Shown: positions 26,052 through 36,098, counted from the first letter of the stretch. The stretch: DNA of 64,000 nucleotides from Myxococcota bacterium (GCA_036149055.1 JAYZQJ010000004.1:79795-143794); one strand, 5' to 3'. The notes: generated by a model not told the origin, from the letters alone. Numbers and translations are program-made.

Positions 26052-28940
26052 CCCGTCGTAGAAGGCGCGGGCGTGCGCGATGGCGGCGAGGCCGACGTCG
26101 TGCCCGAGCGTGCGGCCCACCACGTCGTCGGGGCGGATGTGGATGCCGCCGTAGATCCGCGACTGACCCGCCTGGTCGGCGGCGTCGAAGTAGGTGCCCC
26201 ACTGGAGGCGGACCTCGACGCTCGGGCCGCGCTCGAACACGAGGTAGCTGCGCTCCCGGGCGACGTACTCGCCGAGCCCGCCGGGGAAGAACGCGTCGCC
26301 GGTGAAGGCGGCGAGCACCTCGGCGGCCGCGCGGCTGAAGGTGCTGTGCCCCGAGACGAAGCCCGGGAAGGCGGGCGTGACGAAGTTCCGCCGCTGGTAA
26401 GGCACCCACTCGACCCCGCGCAGCCACTGGATCGGCGTGGTGTCGTTCGCCCGGTCGCCCGGCTCTCCCGGCCAGCCGCGCACCGCGACCTGACCGACGA
26501 AGGGCGCGAGCCGCTCGTGGCGGGCCCCCGGAACGACCGTCTCCTCGGTGATCAGCTCGATCAGCCCGGGCACGAGCGGCAGGCCGTCGGGGTGATAGGC
26601 GGGCCCGTCCGGATCGCTCGACTGCCCGAGCTGGGCCATGTAGCGGACGAGCGAGATCGGCCGCGCGCTCGAGTGCGCGCGCTTGGTGCCCCAGGCGACG
26701 ATCGCGGCGTCGTGCACGGCGCCGTTCAGCGCGAGGTAGAGCTTCACGTCCCACTCGAGCGGGTCGAGCTCCGGCGCCGAGCCGTCGCGGCAGGCGTCGA
26801 AGTCGGGCGCGCCGCCGACGCAGCGCCGCTGCATCGGGTGATCGGTCACGTAGTTGGCGAGCGTGTTCCAGTGCCCCGGCGGCGTCTCGGAGCTGGGGCC
26901 GTCGGCCCAGAACTCGGCGAGCACGCGCGCGAGGTCCCCGAGCGGCACCACGTTGGGCGCGTAGGGCGCGCCGGTGGCCGGGTTGAGCGGGTGCCCTTCG
27001 CCGTCCTGGGTGCCGAGCGGGTTGTTGCCGTAGGCGCCCGGCGAGATGTCGAGGGTGACGTCGTTCACCTCGAGGTCCGCCTCCGCCTGGATGATCTCGA
27101 CGACCCAGCCCTTCATCTCCGGGTCGGCGAAGGTGGGCCCCTCGCCCGCGTCGAGGTAGAGCCCGTCGGGGCGGCGATCGCGGAGGGCGAAGGGCCGGAC
27201 CTCTCCCCAGTTGGGGCCGATGTAGCCCTGCACGCCGCTCGGCAGGATCAGCCCGTTCTGGGTCGCGGCCTCGAAGAGGTTGAGCTGCTGCCACCAGTCC
27301 GGCGCCGGCAGCTCCACGCCGGGCTCGTCGACCACGAGCGGCGGGTTCATCGGCGCCCAGCCCGTGGTGTCGGCGTAGTTGGCGCCCTCGTTCGCGCCGT
27401 CGTCCGCGCTCATGGCGACGATCGCGGCGCCGATGCGGTTGCCGAGCGCGCGCGGGGAGTCTCCCTCGGCGCCGTCGTCGTCCGGATCGTAGCCCAGCGT
27501 CTCCATGAACGAACGGAAGCAGGCTTGCGAGACGTCCGAGCCGGGCTGCGCGGCGCGGCTGTCGTCGTAGCGGTGCGCGAGCACCCGGAGGGCGGCGTAG
27601 CTGATGGCCTCGCGCCGGGCCGCGTCGACGTCGCTCGCGCTCTGACGCTCGCGCACGAGGACGCCCTGGGCGACCGCGTCGTAGGCCGCCCACGCGTCCC
27701 ACATCGCCGCCGACAGGTGGTAGAGGTTGCGCGCGTGCACGCCGGGGCGGGGGATGTCGCGGCGGATCGCGTTGAGGATCTGCTCGTTCCAGCGGCGCGC
27801 GATGCTGCCCTCGGGCGCGGGGTCGATCGCGTCGGCGGGGCAGGTCGCCGGGGTGGGGCCCGCGTCGACGCCGCCGTCGCTCGGGGGCGGCGCCTCGGCG
27901 TACACCGGCACCTCGGCGCCGAAGTGCACCACCGCGCCCTCGGTGAGCGCGGGGGAGAGCACGTCGCCGCCCACCAGCCAGACGCCGCCGCTCGGGTCGA
28001 TCCAGGTCGCGTGGTAGGAGCCGACCCGCACGTCGACCTCGGGCCGGACCTCCTCCCAGTCCTGGCCGCCGCCGTCGCGGCGGTAGATCGTGCCCTGGAA
28101 GCCGCCCGCCCAGGCCGAGCCGTCGGCGCGCACCGAGACGCCCTGGAGCAGCGGGGCGAGCTCGGGGGAGGCGTCGGCGAGGGCGCCGTCCGCGCCCGCC
28201 TCGAGCACCCGGCAGTTGCCGGCCCCGCCGACCGCGACGAGGTGCGCCATCGCGCCGGCCTCGTCGGTCGCGCCGGCGACGGTGAAGAGCGTCTCCTCGG
28301 CCGGGCTCTCGACGACCTCGAAGGTGGCGCCGTCGTCGGCGCGCAGCACGAGCCCGCGGCCCCCGACCACCCAGACCCGGCCCTCGCCGTCGCCCCACAC
28401 CTTGAAGAGCCCCGGCCAGTCGCCGTCGGGCCCGAGGGGGATGTCGCGAGGCAGCGTGAGCTGGCTCCAGGTCTCGCCGTCCCAGCGCCAGATGAAGCCG
28501 CGGCGCCCGCCGAAGCCGCCCACCGCGTAGACGTCGTCGGGCCGCGCGCCCCAGACGCCGAACACCGTCTCGCGACCGAGGCCGGGCGTGTCCATGCGCG
28601 TCCAGGCGGCGCCGTCCCAGCGCAGGATCGCGCCGCGCTCACCGCCGACGAAGAGATCGTCCGGGGCGAAGGCGTGGGCCCACCAGAGGTGGCCGTCGTG
28701 GCCGGTCTCCACCCGCGCCCAGCGATCGCCGTCGTAGTGCAGCACGAGCGGGCCGCGGCCGAGGTCGGCGCCCACCGCCCAGACGTCGTCGGCGGCGGTC
28801 CCGGTGATCGAGAGGAGCGCCTCCGGGAGGCGCTCCGAGACCACGGTCCAGCGGCGTTCGTCCGGCTCGGGGCAGCCGGAGAGCACGAGCGCAGCGCAGA
28901 GGGTGAGGGCGAAGCGGGCAGCGGTTGTCCGGATGATCAC
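26040..28940 (-). CDS. Lipoprotein: beta-propeller-like repeats fused to a vanadium-dependent haloperoxidase/PAP2 domain
   Basis: Lipobox VLSGC; W-G..DD.WAVG repeats; K-x6-RP (TKRAHSSARP), PGFVSGHS, SRIYGGIH active-site motifs. Confidence 0.85.
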   Translation of the reverse strand: MIIRTTAARFALTLCAALVLSGCPEPDERRWTVVSERLPEALLSITGTAADDVWAVGADLGRGPLVLHYDGDRWARVETGHDGHLWWAHAFAPDDLFVGGERGAILRWDGAAWTRMDTPGLGRETVFGVWGARPDDVYAVGGFGGRRGFIWRWDGETWSQLTLPRDIPLGPDGDWPGLFKVWGDGEGRVWVVGGRGLVLRADDGATFEVVESPAEETLFTVAGATDEAGAMAHLVAVGGAGNCRVLEAGADGALADASPELAPLLQGVSVRADGSAWAGGFQGTIYRRDGGGQDWEEVRPEVDVRVGSYHATWIDPSGGVWLVGGDVLSPALTEGAVVHFGAEVPVYAEAPPPSDGGVDAGPTPATCPADAIDPAPEGSIARRWNEQILNAIRRDIPRPGVHARNLYHLSAAMWDAWAAYDAVAQGVLVRERQSASDVDAARREAISYAALRVLAHRYDDSRAAQPGSDVSQACFRSFMETLGYDPDDDGAEGDSPRALGNRIGAAIVAMSADDGANEGANYADTTGWAPMNPPLVVDEPGVELPAPDWWQQLNLFEAATQNGLILPSGVQGYIGPNWGEVRPFALRDRRPDGLYLDAGEGPTFADPEMKGWVVEIIQAEADLEVNDVTLDISPGAYGNNPLGTQDGEGHPLNPATGAPYAPNVVPLGDLARVLAEFWADGPSSETPPGHWNTLANYVTDHPMQRRCVGGAPDFDACRDGSAPELDPLEWDVKLYLALNGAVHDAAIVAWGTKRAHSSARPISLVRYMAQLGQSSDPDGPAYHPDGLPLVPGLIELITEETVVPGARHERLAPFVGQVAVRGWPGEPGDRANDTTPIQWLRGVEWVPYQRRNFVTPAFPGFVSGHSTFSRAAAEVLAAFTGDAFFPGGLGEYVARERSYLVFERGPSVEVRLQWGTYFDAADQAGQSRIYGGIHIRPDDVVGRTLGHDVGLAAIAHARAFYDGSAP

Positions 28941-28972
28941 GGGCGGAACATTGGCACCACCGGCCCGGTTCG

Positions 28973-31186
28973 TCACCCCCGGCGGCGTCGAACGAACACC
29001 AGGGCGGCGAGCGCGAGGCCCAGCAACCAGCCGTGCCGCGTGGAGTCACCGGTGGCGACTCCGCAGTTGGGGTTGGTCCGGGTGTAGCCGCCGCTGGCCC
29101 CCGCCGTCTCGGGGCAGTAGGTCAGCCCCTCGGGGCGGCGGCAGGTGCCGGGGCACTCCCACGAGCCGTCGGCCCGGCAGGAGCAGTGGCGGACCGAGCC
29201 GCGCGAGCAGCCCTGGTCGTGGAGCACGATGCCGCCCACGCAGATGCGGCGGTCGCCCGCGCCGGCGAGGCCCGGGGCCACGCAGTGCGGCTCGCTCGCG
29301 CGCGGCTCGCGGTCGCAGGGGTTCGGGTTCTGGACCGGGCAGAGCGGGCAGTAGCCGTTCGTGCAGACGTAGCGGTCCTCGCGCCCGCCGGGCGGCCCGC
29401 AGGTGGCGTCGGCGGAGCGGCCGTACTCGCCGTCGAGCTTCACGTCCCGGAACGCGCGGGCCACGCTGCAGGCGTCGGCGGCGGTGAACCCGTGGCGCCC
29501 GCTCTGCGCCCAGGCGTCGGCCTGCTGCACGATCGCGTCGCGGAACTGCCGGAAGCGCTCGGTGCTCGACGACCGGTTGTAGCCGAGCGTGAAGTACATC
29601 AGGTGCTCGGCCCGCTGCACCGGCATGTCGTACTCCTGGAGCATCCGGTAGAACGGCGTGCTGATCAGGTAGGTGTGATCGTGCACGTCGTAGCCGGCGT
29701 CGCGCAGCATGTCGGCGTTCAGGCCCGCGCGCAGGAAGGCGTCGTAGTTGCTCTGGTCGGGCCGGCCGGGGGGCGACTGGAAGTTCTGCCCGCGGTAGCC
29801 CGAGCGCCGGCTGCCGGTCAGCCACGGGTCGCAGAAGACCCAGAAGGCGTCGGCGACCGCCTCCTTGATCGCGCCCGGCTCCGCGCGGTGGCGGCGCAGC
29901 GTGTCGTGCAGCGCGTGGCCGTACTCGTGGCAGACCACCGCCGCCTCGCCCGCCGAGCGGGTGCCGAGGTAGACGAGCCCGTAGGAGTACCACCCCGCGC
30001 TCGGGCTCACGCTCGTCGGCTCCATCATGATGCGGACGCCGCCGGGCGAGAGCTGGGAGATGTTCACCGCCGGGTGCGAGGTCGCGCGCCAGCCATCCTG
30101 ACCGGAGCGAGCGCGCACCGACTCGGCGATGCGAGCCATCCAGCTCCAGACCTGCCGCTCGCTGCTGGTCAGCCCGGTGGGCGGGCCGCCGCTGCTCGAG
30201 GCGGCGGCGACGCGACGGTGGCCGGTCATGTGATCGCGGCTGCTGCCGGGCAGCGGGGTCGGCGTCGGGCGGTGGATCTCCACCGAGGCCTCGTCGAAGG
30301 TCGAGAACGACTCGAGCACCTCGAGGCTGCCGTCCTCGATCACCATCTGGCGGAGGGAGCCGTCCACCTGCCAGGCCGCCCGCGGGCGCGCCGGGTCGAA
30401 GAGCACGCCGAAGGCCGCGGCGATGTCGCCCGCCTCGGCGGCCGCCTCGCGGGCCTCGGCCTCGGTGGAGGTGAACGAGGGCGCCGCGTCGACGCCGACG
30501 AAGAGGCGGGCGTGCACGCTCACGACCACGCCCTCGGGGTCCATCTCGATGTCGATCCCGGCGCGGTGCCCGGGCACTCCGTCGATGACCTGGTCGAAGC
30601 GCACCGTGGCCCAGCCGTCGGGCGCGACCTCCACCGCGGACTCCACCAGCTGATCCGCCGGCGCGCCGAAGGCGAGGGCGTGGCGGGCGAGGAAGTCGGC
30701 GGCCCGCGCCGAGGGCGTGTCCCCGGTGGTGCCGACCCGCAGGGTCACGTTGGCCGGGGCGCCGGTCTCGTCGCTCTCGGTGATCGCGACCTCGTGCGCG
30801 CTCTCGGCCCGGAGCCGGTCGAGCGCCTCCTCGACGCTGGCCCGCTGCACGAGCCGCACGGTGCACTCGAAGACGCTCGCGCGGGTCACCCGCAGGCGCA
30901 CCGGGGTCTCGGCCGGCACCGCCACCTCGCCGATGGCCACCTCGCCCGGGCCGCCGCTGAAGTCGGCGGTGACGTTCTCCTCGTCGAGCCAGACCTCGAA
31001 GCCGTCCTCCCCGCTCGAGATCCGGACCTCGGCGGTGGGCCCGGTCCGCAGCGTCTGCTCGATCATGCAGTCGACGGGGAAGGCGTCGACCGACACGGCG
31101 AGCGCGTCTCCGTCCCGCACCGCCGGCTCCGGGGTGGCGCAGGCGGGGACGAGGATGAAGGCGCAGAGCAGGAGGCAGCGGCGCAT
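28973..31186 (-). CDS. Secreted M4 (thermolysin-like) metalloprotease with propeptide and MYXO-CTERM-like anchor, paralog 1
   Basis: Lipobox-like start, FTP-like propeptide (VRFDQVIDGVP), HEYGH...EAVAD, Cys-rich region, hydrophobic C-terminus with RRRR. Confidence 0.75.
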   Translation of the reverse strand: MRRCLLLCAFILVPACATPEPAVRDGDALAVSVDAFPVDCMIEQTLRTGPTAEVRISSGEDGFEVWLDEENVTADFSGGPGEVAIGEVAVPAETPVRLRVTRASVFECTVRLVQRASVEEALDRLRAESAHEVAITESDETGAPANVTLRVGTTGDTPSARAADFLARHALAFGAPADQLVESAVEVAPDGWATVRFDQVIDGVPGHRAGIDIEMDPEGVVVSVHARLFVGVDAAPSFTSTEAEAREAAAEAGDIAAAFGVLFDPARPRAAWQVDGSLRQMVIEDGSLEVLESFSTFDEASVEIHRPTPTPLPGSSRDHMTGHRRVAAASSSGGPPTGLTSSERQVWSWMARIAESVRARSGQDGWRATSHPAVNISQLSPGGVRIMMEPTSVSPSAGWYSYGLVYLGTRSAGEAAVVCHEYGHALHDTLRRHRAEPGAIKEAVADAFWVFCDPWLTGSRRSGYRGQNFQSPPGRPDQSNYDAFLRAGLNADMLRDAGYDVHDHTYLISTPFYRMLQEYDMPVQRAEHLMYFTLGYNRSSSTERFRQFRDAIVQQADAWAQSGRHGFTAADACSVARAFRDVKLDGEYGRSADATCGPPGGREDRYVCTNGYCPLCPVQNPNPCDREPRASEPHCVAPGLAGAGDRRICVGGIVLHDQGCSRGSVRHCSCRADGSWECPGTCRRPEGLTYCPETAGASGGYTRTNPNCGVATGDSTRHGWLLGLALAALVFVRRRRG

Positions 31187-31198
31187 GTACGACGGAAA

Positions 31199-31214
31199 AG
31201 CGAAACCCATGCCG
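31199..31214 (-). promoter_or_regulatory. Putative sigma-54 promoter of protease paralog 1
   Basis: Minus strand CGGCATGGGTTTCGCT (GG-N10-GC), 12 nt before ATG. Confidence 0.6.
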
Positions 31215-31270
31215 GCCATGATCGTGGCATGGCAGGCGAGGTTTCGCTCCCAAAACGGGGACTCTGGACC

Positions 31271-33502
31271 TCAGCGCTGCGCCGGCCCGTCGCAGCGCCT
31301 CCGTCTCCGGCGCCCGGCCACCCAGGCCGCGAGGGCGATCGCCAGCCAGCCCGGCACCCCCGTGCGACCCGGGCTCGCCGCGCAGGCGTTGCTCCCGGTC
31401 CGCCGCGTGAAGCCGCCCTCCGCGCCGGCGACCTCGGGGCAGTACTCGAGGTCCCCGCCCGGGTCGCGGCACTCGCCGGGGCACTCCCAGGAGCCGTCGG
31501 CGAGGCAGGCGCAGTGGCGGAGCTGTCCGCGGGTGCAGCCCTCGTCGGTGAGCGCGATCGCGCCGACGCAGATCCGTCGGTCGCCGGCCCCCGCGAGCCC
31601 CGGCGCGACGCAGTGCGGCTCGCTCTCGGTCGGCTCCCGCTCGCAGGGGTTCGGGTTCACGACCGGGCAGAGCGGGCAGTAGCCGCGGGTGCAGATGTAG
31701 CGGTCCTCCCCGCCGGCCGGGCCCCCGCAGCTCGCGTCCGCCGCGCGGCCGTACTCGCCGTCGAGGTTCATCTCGCGGAAGGCGAGCGCGACGTTGCAGG
31801 CGTCGCCGGCGGTGAACCCGTGCCGCCCGCTCTGCGCCCAGGCGTCGGCCTGCTGCACGATCGCGTCGCGGAACTGGCGGAAGCGCTCGGTGCTCGACGC
31901 GCGGTTGTAGCCGAGCGTGAAGTACATCAGCTGCTCGGCCCGCTCGACCGGCGTGTCGTAGCTCTCGACCAGCCGGTAGAAGGGCGTGCTCAGGAAGTAG
32001 GTGTGGTCGTGGACCCGGTAGCCCGCGTCGTAGAGGGCGTCCGCGGTGAGGCCGGCCGAGAGGAAGGCGTCGTAGTCGGTCTGGTCGGGGCGCCCGCCGG
32101 GCGACGGGAAGCTCTGCCCGCGGTAGCCGGCGTTCCGGCGGCCGGTGAGCCACGGGTCGCAGAAGATCCAGAACGAGTCCGCCACCGCCTCCTTGAGCGC
32201 CGGGATCTCGGGTTCCTGACGACGCAAGGTGTCGTGGAGGGCGTGGCCGTACTCGTGGCACACCACCGCGGGCTCCTCGGTCGAGGCGGTGCCGAGGTAG
32301 GCGATGCCGTAGGAGTACCAGCCGACCCGCGGGTGCTCGCTCATCGGCTCGACCATGAAGCGCACCCCGCTCGTCGGGACCTGCGAGATCGGCACCCAGG
32401 GATGCGTCGTGGCGCTCCAGCCGTCCTGCCCCGAGTGCGCGCGCACGTTCTCGGCGATTTGCGCGGCCCAGGTCCAGACGCGCTGCTCCTGCTCCGACAG
32501 CGCCGCCGGCGCGCTCCCGGTGCTCGAGCCACCGGCGACCAGGGTGTGCCCGGTCATCGAGTCGCGCGATCCCATCGGGAGCGGCGTGGGCGTCGGGCGG
32601 TGGATCTCCACGCGGGCCTCGTCCCAGGTCGGCGTCCGCTCGAGCACCTCGAGCGAGCCATCCTCGACGACCCGCCGCTCCGCCCGGCCGCGCACGTCCC
32701 AGGCGGCGCGCGGCCGGGCGGGGTCGTAGAGGACCCGGGTGAGCTCCGCGGTCTCGCCCGCGCTCACCTCGGCCTCGCTCGACGTGAAGGCGGGGGCTCG
32801 ATCCAGGCCGACGAAGAGGCGCGCGTGCACGCTGACCACGACGCCCGCCGGGTCGAGCTCGAGGTCGAGCCCCGCGCGGTGGCCGGGCAGGCCGTCGACG
32901 ATCTGCGCGAAACGCACGGTGGCCCAGCCGTCGGGGGCCACGGTCGCCTCGGTCTCCACCAGCTGCTCGGCCGGGGCGCCGAACGCTCCGGCGTGCCGGG
33001 CGAGGAAGTCGGCCGCGCGATCCGACGGGGTGCTCCCCGTGGTGCCGACGCGGAGCGTGACGTTGGCGGGCGCGCCGGTCTCGTCGCTCCGGGTCATCGC
33101 CACCTCGTGGGCGCTCTCGCCGCGGAGCCGGTCGAGCGCCACCTCCACGTCGGGCCGGTGCACGAGCCGCACGCTGCACCCGTAGGTGTCGTCGCGGGTG
33201 GCCCGCAGCAGCGCGGGGACCTCGGGCGCGAGGGTGAGCGCGCCGACGAGGGGATCGCCCGCGAAGTCGCCGGTGACCTCCCGGTCGTCGAGGTAGAGGC
33301 GCACGACGCCGCCGCCCCCGTCCACCCGGAGCTCCGCCGTCGGACCCACCCGGATCGTCTGCTCCACCAGGCAGTCCACCGGCACCCCGTCCACCGACAT
33401 CGCCAGCGCGCCCTCGTCGCGCAGGGTGGGCCCGCCCCCGGCGCCTCCACACCCGAGAGCGAGAGCGAACGACAGCGTGACCGCAGCCCGTCGAGACCTC
33501 AT
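31271..33502 (-). CDS. Secreted M4-like metalloprotease, paralog 2
   Basis: Co-linear with and highly similar to 28973-31186; lipobox LALGC; HEYGH...EAVAD; C-terminal anchor. Confidence 0.75.
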   Translation of the reverse strand: MRSRRAAVTLSFALALGCGGAGGGPTLRDEGALAMSVDGVPVDCLVEQTIRVGPTAELRVDGGGGVVRLYLDDREVTGDFAGDPLVGALTLAPEVPALLRATRDDTYGCSVRLVHRPDVEVALDRLRGESAHEVAMTRSDETGAPANVTLRVGTTGSTPSDRAADFLARHAGAFGAPAEQLVETEATVAPDGWATVRFAQIVDGLPGHRAGLDLELDPAGVVVSVHARLFVGLDRAPAFTSSEAEVSAGETAELTRVLYDPARPRAAWDVRGRAERRVVEDGSLEVLERTPTWDEARVEIHRPTPTPLPMGSRDSMTGHTLVAGGSSTGSAPAALSEQEQRVWTWAAQIAENVRAHSGQDGWSATTHPWVPISQVPTSGVRFMVEPMSEHPRVGWYSYGIAYLGTASTEEPAVVCHEYGHALHDTLRRQEPEIPALKEAVADSFWIFCDPWLTGRRNAGYRGQSFPSPGGRPDQTDYDAFLSAGLTADALYDAGYRVHDHTYFLSTPFYRLVESYDTPVERAEQLMYFTLGYNRASSTERFRQFRDAIVQQADAWAQSGRHGFTAGDACNVALAFREMNLDGEYGRAADASCGGPAGGEDRYICTRGYCPLCPVVNPNPCEREPTESEPHCVAPGLAGAGDRRICVGAIALTDEGCTRGQLRHCACLADGSWECPGECRDPGGDLEYCPEVAGAEGGFTRRTGSNACAASPGRTGVPGWLAIALAAWVAGRRRRRRCDGPAQR

Positions 33503-33515
33503 GGGCGCCGAGAAC

Positions 33516-33531
33516 AGCGAAACCCGTGCCG
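33516..33531 (-). promoter_or_regulatory. Putative sigma-54 promoter of protease paralog 2
   Basis: Minus strand CGGCACGGGTTTCGCT (GG-N10-GC), 13 nt before ATG; forms one arm of a perfect 14-bp inverted repeat. Confidence 0.65.
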
Positions 33532-33625
33532 AGGCCAGCGGCACGGGTTTCGGCGGAGCCGGGCTCCACGAATGGGGAGGGTCGACCTCAGCCCGCCGCC
33601 GGATCGGAGCGCGACGGGCTCCGGG

Positions 33626-34960
33626 TCAATACCCCTCGGCGGCCATCGCCTCGTCGGCGAATTCGTAGGCGGCCGCGGCCTGCGCGGGGGCGCCCTGGGC
33701 GCTCGAGGCGCGGGCTCGGGACCGCTCCATGCGCTGGGCGCGCTCTCGCAGGGCACGACCCTCGGCCTCGGGCGCCTCCTCGGCGGCGGCGTCGAGCACC
33801 GAGCGGGCCTGGGCGAGCTGAGCGGCCGCCTGCTGACCCTGACCGCTGCGCATCAGCTCGGCGGCCCGCATCTGGGCCTCGGTGGCCTCGTGGTTGGCGA
33901 CCATCGCGGCGACCCGCGGCGCCCGGCTGCGGGCGGCGGCCGAGGCGTCCCGGGTGACCTGGTAGCGGAGCACCGCCTCCTGGGTCTGGGTGCCGCGCTG
34001 GCCCGGCTCCATGTAGACCAGGCGCGCGTGGGCGAGGGGCTGGCTGCCCTCGCGGCGGGTGTCGACCTGGGCCCGGAAGAGGACCTCGCGGTGCTGGCCG
34101 GCGTAGACCTGGCCGAGCGGGAGGCGGAGCCGGCCGTTCTCGAGCACCGCGCCGGTGGTGGCGCCCTCGAGGATGCGCACGCCGGGGGCCGGGATCACCT
34201 CGATGTAGGCGTTCACGGCCACGCTCTGCGACAGCAGGCTCATCTCCTCCTGGAGGATGCTCGCCATCTGGTGCGGCTGCGCGAGGTGGTAGAGGCGGCC
34301 GGAGCTCCGCACGACCATCGCGCTCAGGGTGGCCTGGTCGTAGCTGAGCCCGACGCCGATGCCGGTGATCTGGGTGCCGAACTCGGTCGCGCCGGCGGCG
34401 AGGTTGGAGAGCGAGTGCGGGTCCGAGGGGCCGATGTTCGCGTGCCCGTCGCTGATCAGGAAGACCCGCCGCACCGGGTGGCTGCCCGGCGCCTGGCCCA
34501 TGCGGGAGATGCCGGCCTGCATGCCGCCGTAGAGGTTGGTCCCGCCCGACGCGTAGAGCTGCTGGATGCGCTGCATCAGCGGGCCGCGGCTCGAGGCGCT
34601 CACCACCGTGGGCGGCGCGAACTCGGTGACCTGGTTGCTGAAGCCGTAGATCGAGACGATGTCGCCGTCGGCGAGGTTCTCGAGCAGGCTCGCGGCGGCC
34701 ATGCGGGCGTTCTGGATCTTGTCGCCGGCCATCGAGCCCGAGGTGTCGACCACCAGCGACACCGCCATCGGCGCCCGCGCTCGCCGCGCCGTCACCTGGT
34801 GAGGCGCGTCGACCCACACCCCGACGAACGTCTGCCCATCGGCGCCGACCCGGATCCGCGTCTGCACCGGCGAGCCGTCGATCCACGTCTGCTGCGCCAG
34901 CGCCGGGGCCGCGCTCAGCGCGATCGCCCCCATCAAGATCCCCATCAGTCCTCGTCGCAT
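33626..34960 (-). CDS. Secreted VWA-domain protein
   Basis: Signal peptide, MIDAS DTSGSM, GGTN, LISDGHAN. Confidence 0.88.
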   Translation of the reverse strand: MRRGLMGILMGAIALSAAPALAQQTWIDGSPVQTRIRVGADGQTFVGVWVDAPHQVTARRARAPMAVSLVVDTSGSMAGDKIQNARMAAASLLENLADGDIVSIYGFSNQVTEFAPPTVVSASSRGPLMQRIQQLYASGGTNLYGGMQAGISRMGQAPGSHPVRRVFLISDGHANIGPSDPHSLSNLAAGATEFGTQITGIGVGLSYDQATLSAMVVRSSGRLYHLAQPHQMASILQEEMSLLSQSVAVNAYIEVIPAPGVRILEGATTGAVLENGRLRLPLGQVYAGQHREVLFRAQVDTRREGSQPLAHARLVYMEPGQRGTQTQEAVLRYQVTRDASAAARSRAPRVAAMVANHEATEAQMRAAELMRSGQGQQAAAQLAQARSVLDAAAEEAPEAEGRALRERAQRMERSRARASSAQGAPAQAAAAYEFADEAMAAEGY

Positions 34961-35031
34961 GCTCTCGACCTCCCGTGTGGAGGGCCCAGACGAGCGAGGC
35001 GGCGGTGGGATCTAAATTGGTCGGGACCTGG

Positions 35032-35064
35032 ATTGCTCTCGCAAAGACGCGAAGCCGCAAGGGG
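35032..35064 (+). repeat. Dispersed copy of the CGCAAAGACGCAAAG module of the 2.7-3.6 kb array
   Basis: ATTGCTCTCGCAAAGACGCGAAGCCGCAAGGGG matches copies at 2780, 2904 and 3188. Confidence 0.85.
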
Positions 35065-35077
35065 CGCGGGGCGACGC

Positions 35078-35109
35078 GCCGAATGACGATATGACGACGA
35101 GCGTCCCCG
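35078..35109 (+). repeat. 32-bp direct repeat, left copy
   Basis: GCCGAATGACGATATGACGACGAGCGTCCCCG; one mismatch to 37188-37219. Confidence 0.9.
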
Positions 35110-35121
35110 GCCCGCTTCACG

Positions 35122-35907
35122 TCAACGGTCGCGCAGCCACCCCTCCAGGCGCTGCCGCTCCGCCTCGTCGAGCACGCTGATCTGGCGCGCCCCGTCGGGG
35201 CGAACGACCCGGACGGCGGGGCGGGGGCCCAGCGTGGTCCACTCCAGGCTCGCGCCGGCCTCGACCGCTCGCTGGATCATGCCGACTCGGCTGAAGTCGT
35301 GCGCCTCCGCCTCCGGCCGACGAAGCGACGCGACGAAGGCGTCGAGGTCGTCCGCGACCCGGTGGATGTACTCCCACCAGGGCAGGGCGTCCTTGGCGGC
35401 CTCCCATCGGAGCCGCCGCCGCTCCTCGGCGTCACGCGCCGTCAGCTCGACCCCGGCCAGCGTCTCGCGTGCCGCCTCGCTCTCGAGCGCGCGCTCCACC
35501 CGCTCCCACCACCACGCCGGGAAGCTCGTCCGCGGCCGGTCGTGGTGCCAGAGCATCACCCGACCGGCGTCGGGGCCGGCGAGGACGAAGAACAGCTGGT
35601 TGCCGCCGGGATCCTCCGCGATCGGCAGCGCCTCCGGGGGCAGCCGATCTCGATAGGTCCGCTGCCGGGCCGCGAGCACGTCGAGCCCATGGAACGTCTC
35701 GACGCAGACCTCGCCGCCCTCGGCTGCCGGCGCGACGACGTCGTGCAGGAACACGCCCGCGCACTCGGCGAGGAAGCTCCGACAGGGCTCGGGAAGGGCC
35801 GCGCCCAGCTCCCCCTCGAGCCGGGCGAGAGCCTCTGACCGCGCCTCCGACCTCTCGTCGGGCAAGCGGGGAGACAGCGGCGCGAGCACAGCGAGGTAGC
35901 GGCCCAT
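35122..35907 (-). CDS. SMI1/KNR4 family protein (putative immunity protein)
   Basis: LARLEGELGAALPEPCRSFL, LPIAEDPGGNQLF, GRVMLWHHD, VADDLDAFV. Confidence 0.82.
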   Translation of the reverse strand: MGRYLAVLAPLSPRLPDERSEARSEALARLEGELGAALPEPCRSFLAECAGVFLHDVVAPAAEGGEVCVETFHGLDVLAARQRTYRDRLPPEALPIAEDPGGNQLFFVLAGPDAGRVMLWHHDRPRTSFPAWWWERVERALESEAARETLAGVELTARDAEERRRLRWEAAKDALPWWEYIHRVADDLDAFVASLRRPEAEAHDFSRVGMIQRAVEAGASLEWTTLGPRPAVRVVRPDGARQISVLDEAERQRLEGWLRDR

Positions 35908-35971
35908 GCCCCACGATACGACGCGCGCGCCCCATCGATACCTACGCCTCCGTCGTCGAGAGCTGCCGTCC

Positions 35972-36031
35972 CCGAGACCGAATCCGAGACCGAGTCCGAG
36001 ACCGAGTCCGAAACCGGGTCCGAGACCGAGT
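35972..36031 (+). repeat. Hexamer tandem repeat (CCGAGW-type) x10
   Basis: CCGAGA/CCGAGT/CCGAAT units. Confidence 0.9.
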
Positions 36032-36057
36032 CCGGCGCCCTCGGTGGCGACGCTCAT

Positions 36058-36098
36058 CAGGGGAGGAGGGAGGTAGGAGGCGAGGAGGAGTAGCTGGG
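36058..36098 (-). repeat. Dispersed copy of the array arm
   Basis: Reverse complement of CCCAGCTATTCCTCCTCGCCTCCCACCTCCCC..CCCCTG with few mismatches. Confidence 0.8.

Noticed and set aside
29033..35086. Very long alternative-frame ORFs (2017 aa here; also 54887-59887, 29046-33569 and others)
   Set aside because: Shadow ORFs typical of very high-GC DNA, antisense or off-frame to well-supported genes and without recognisable motifs.
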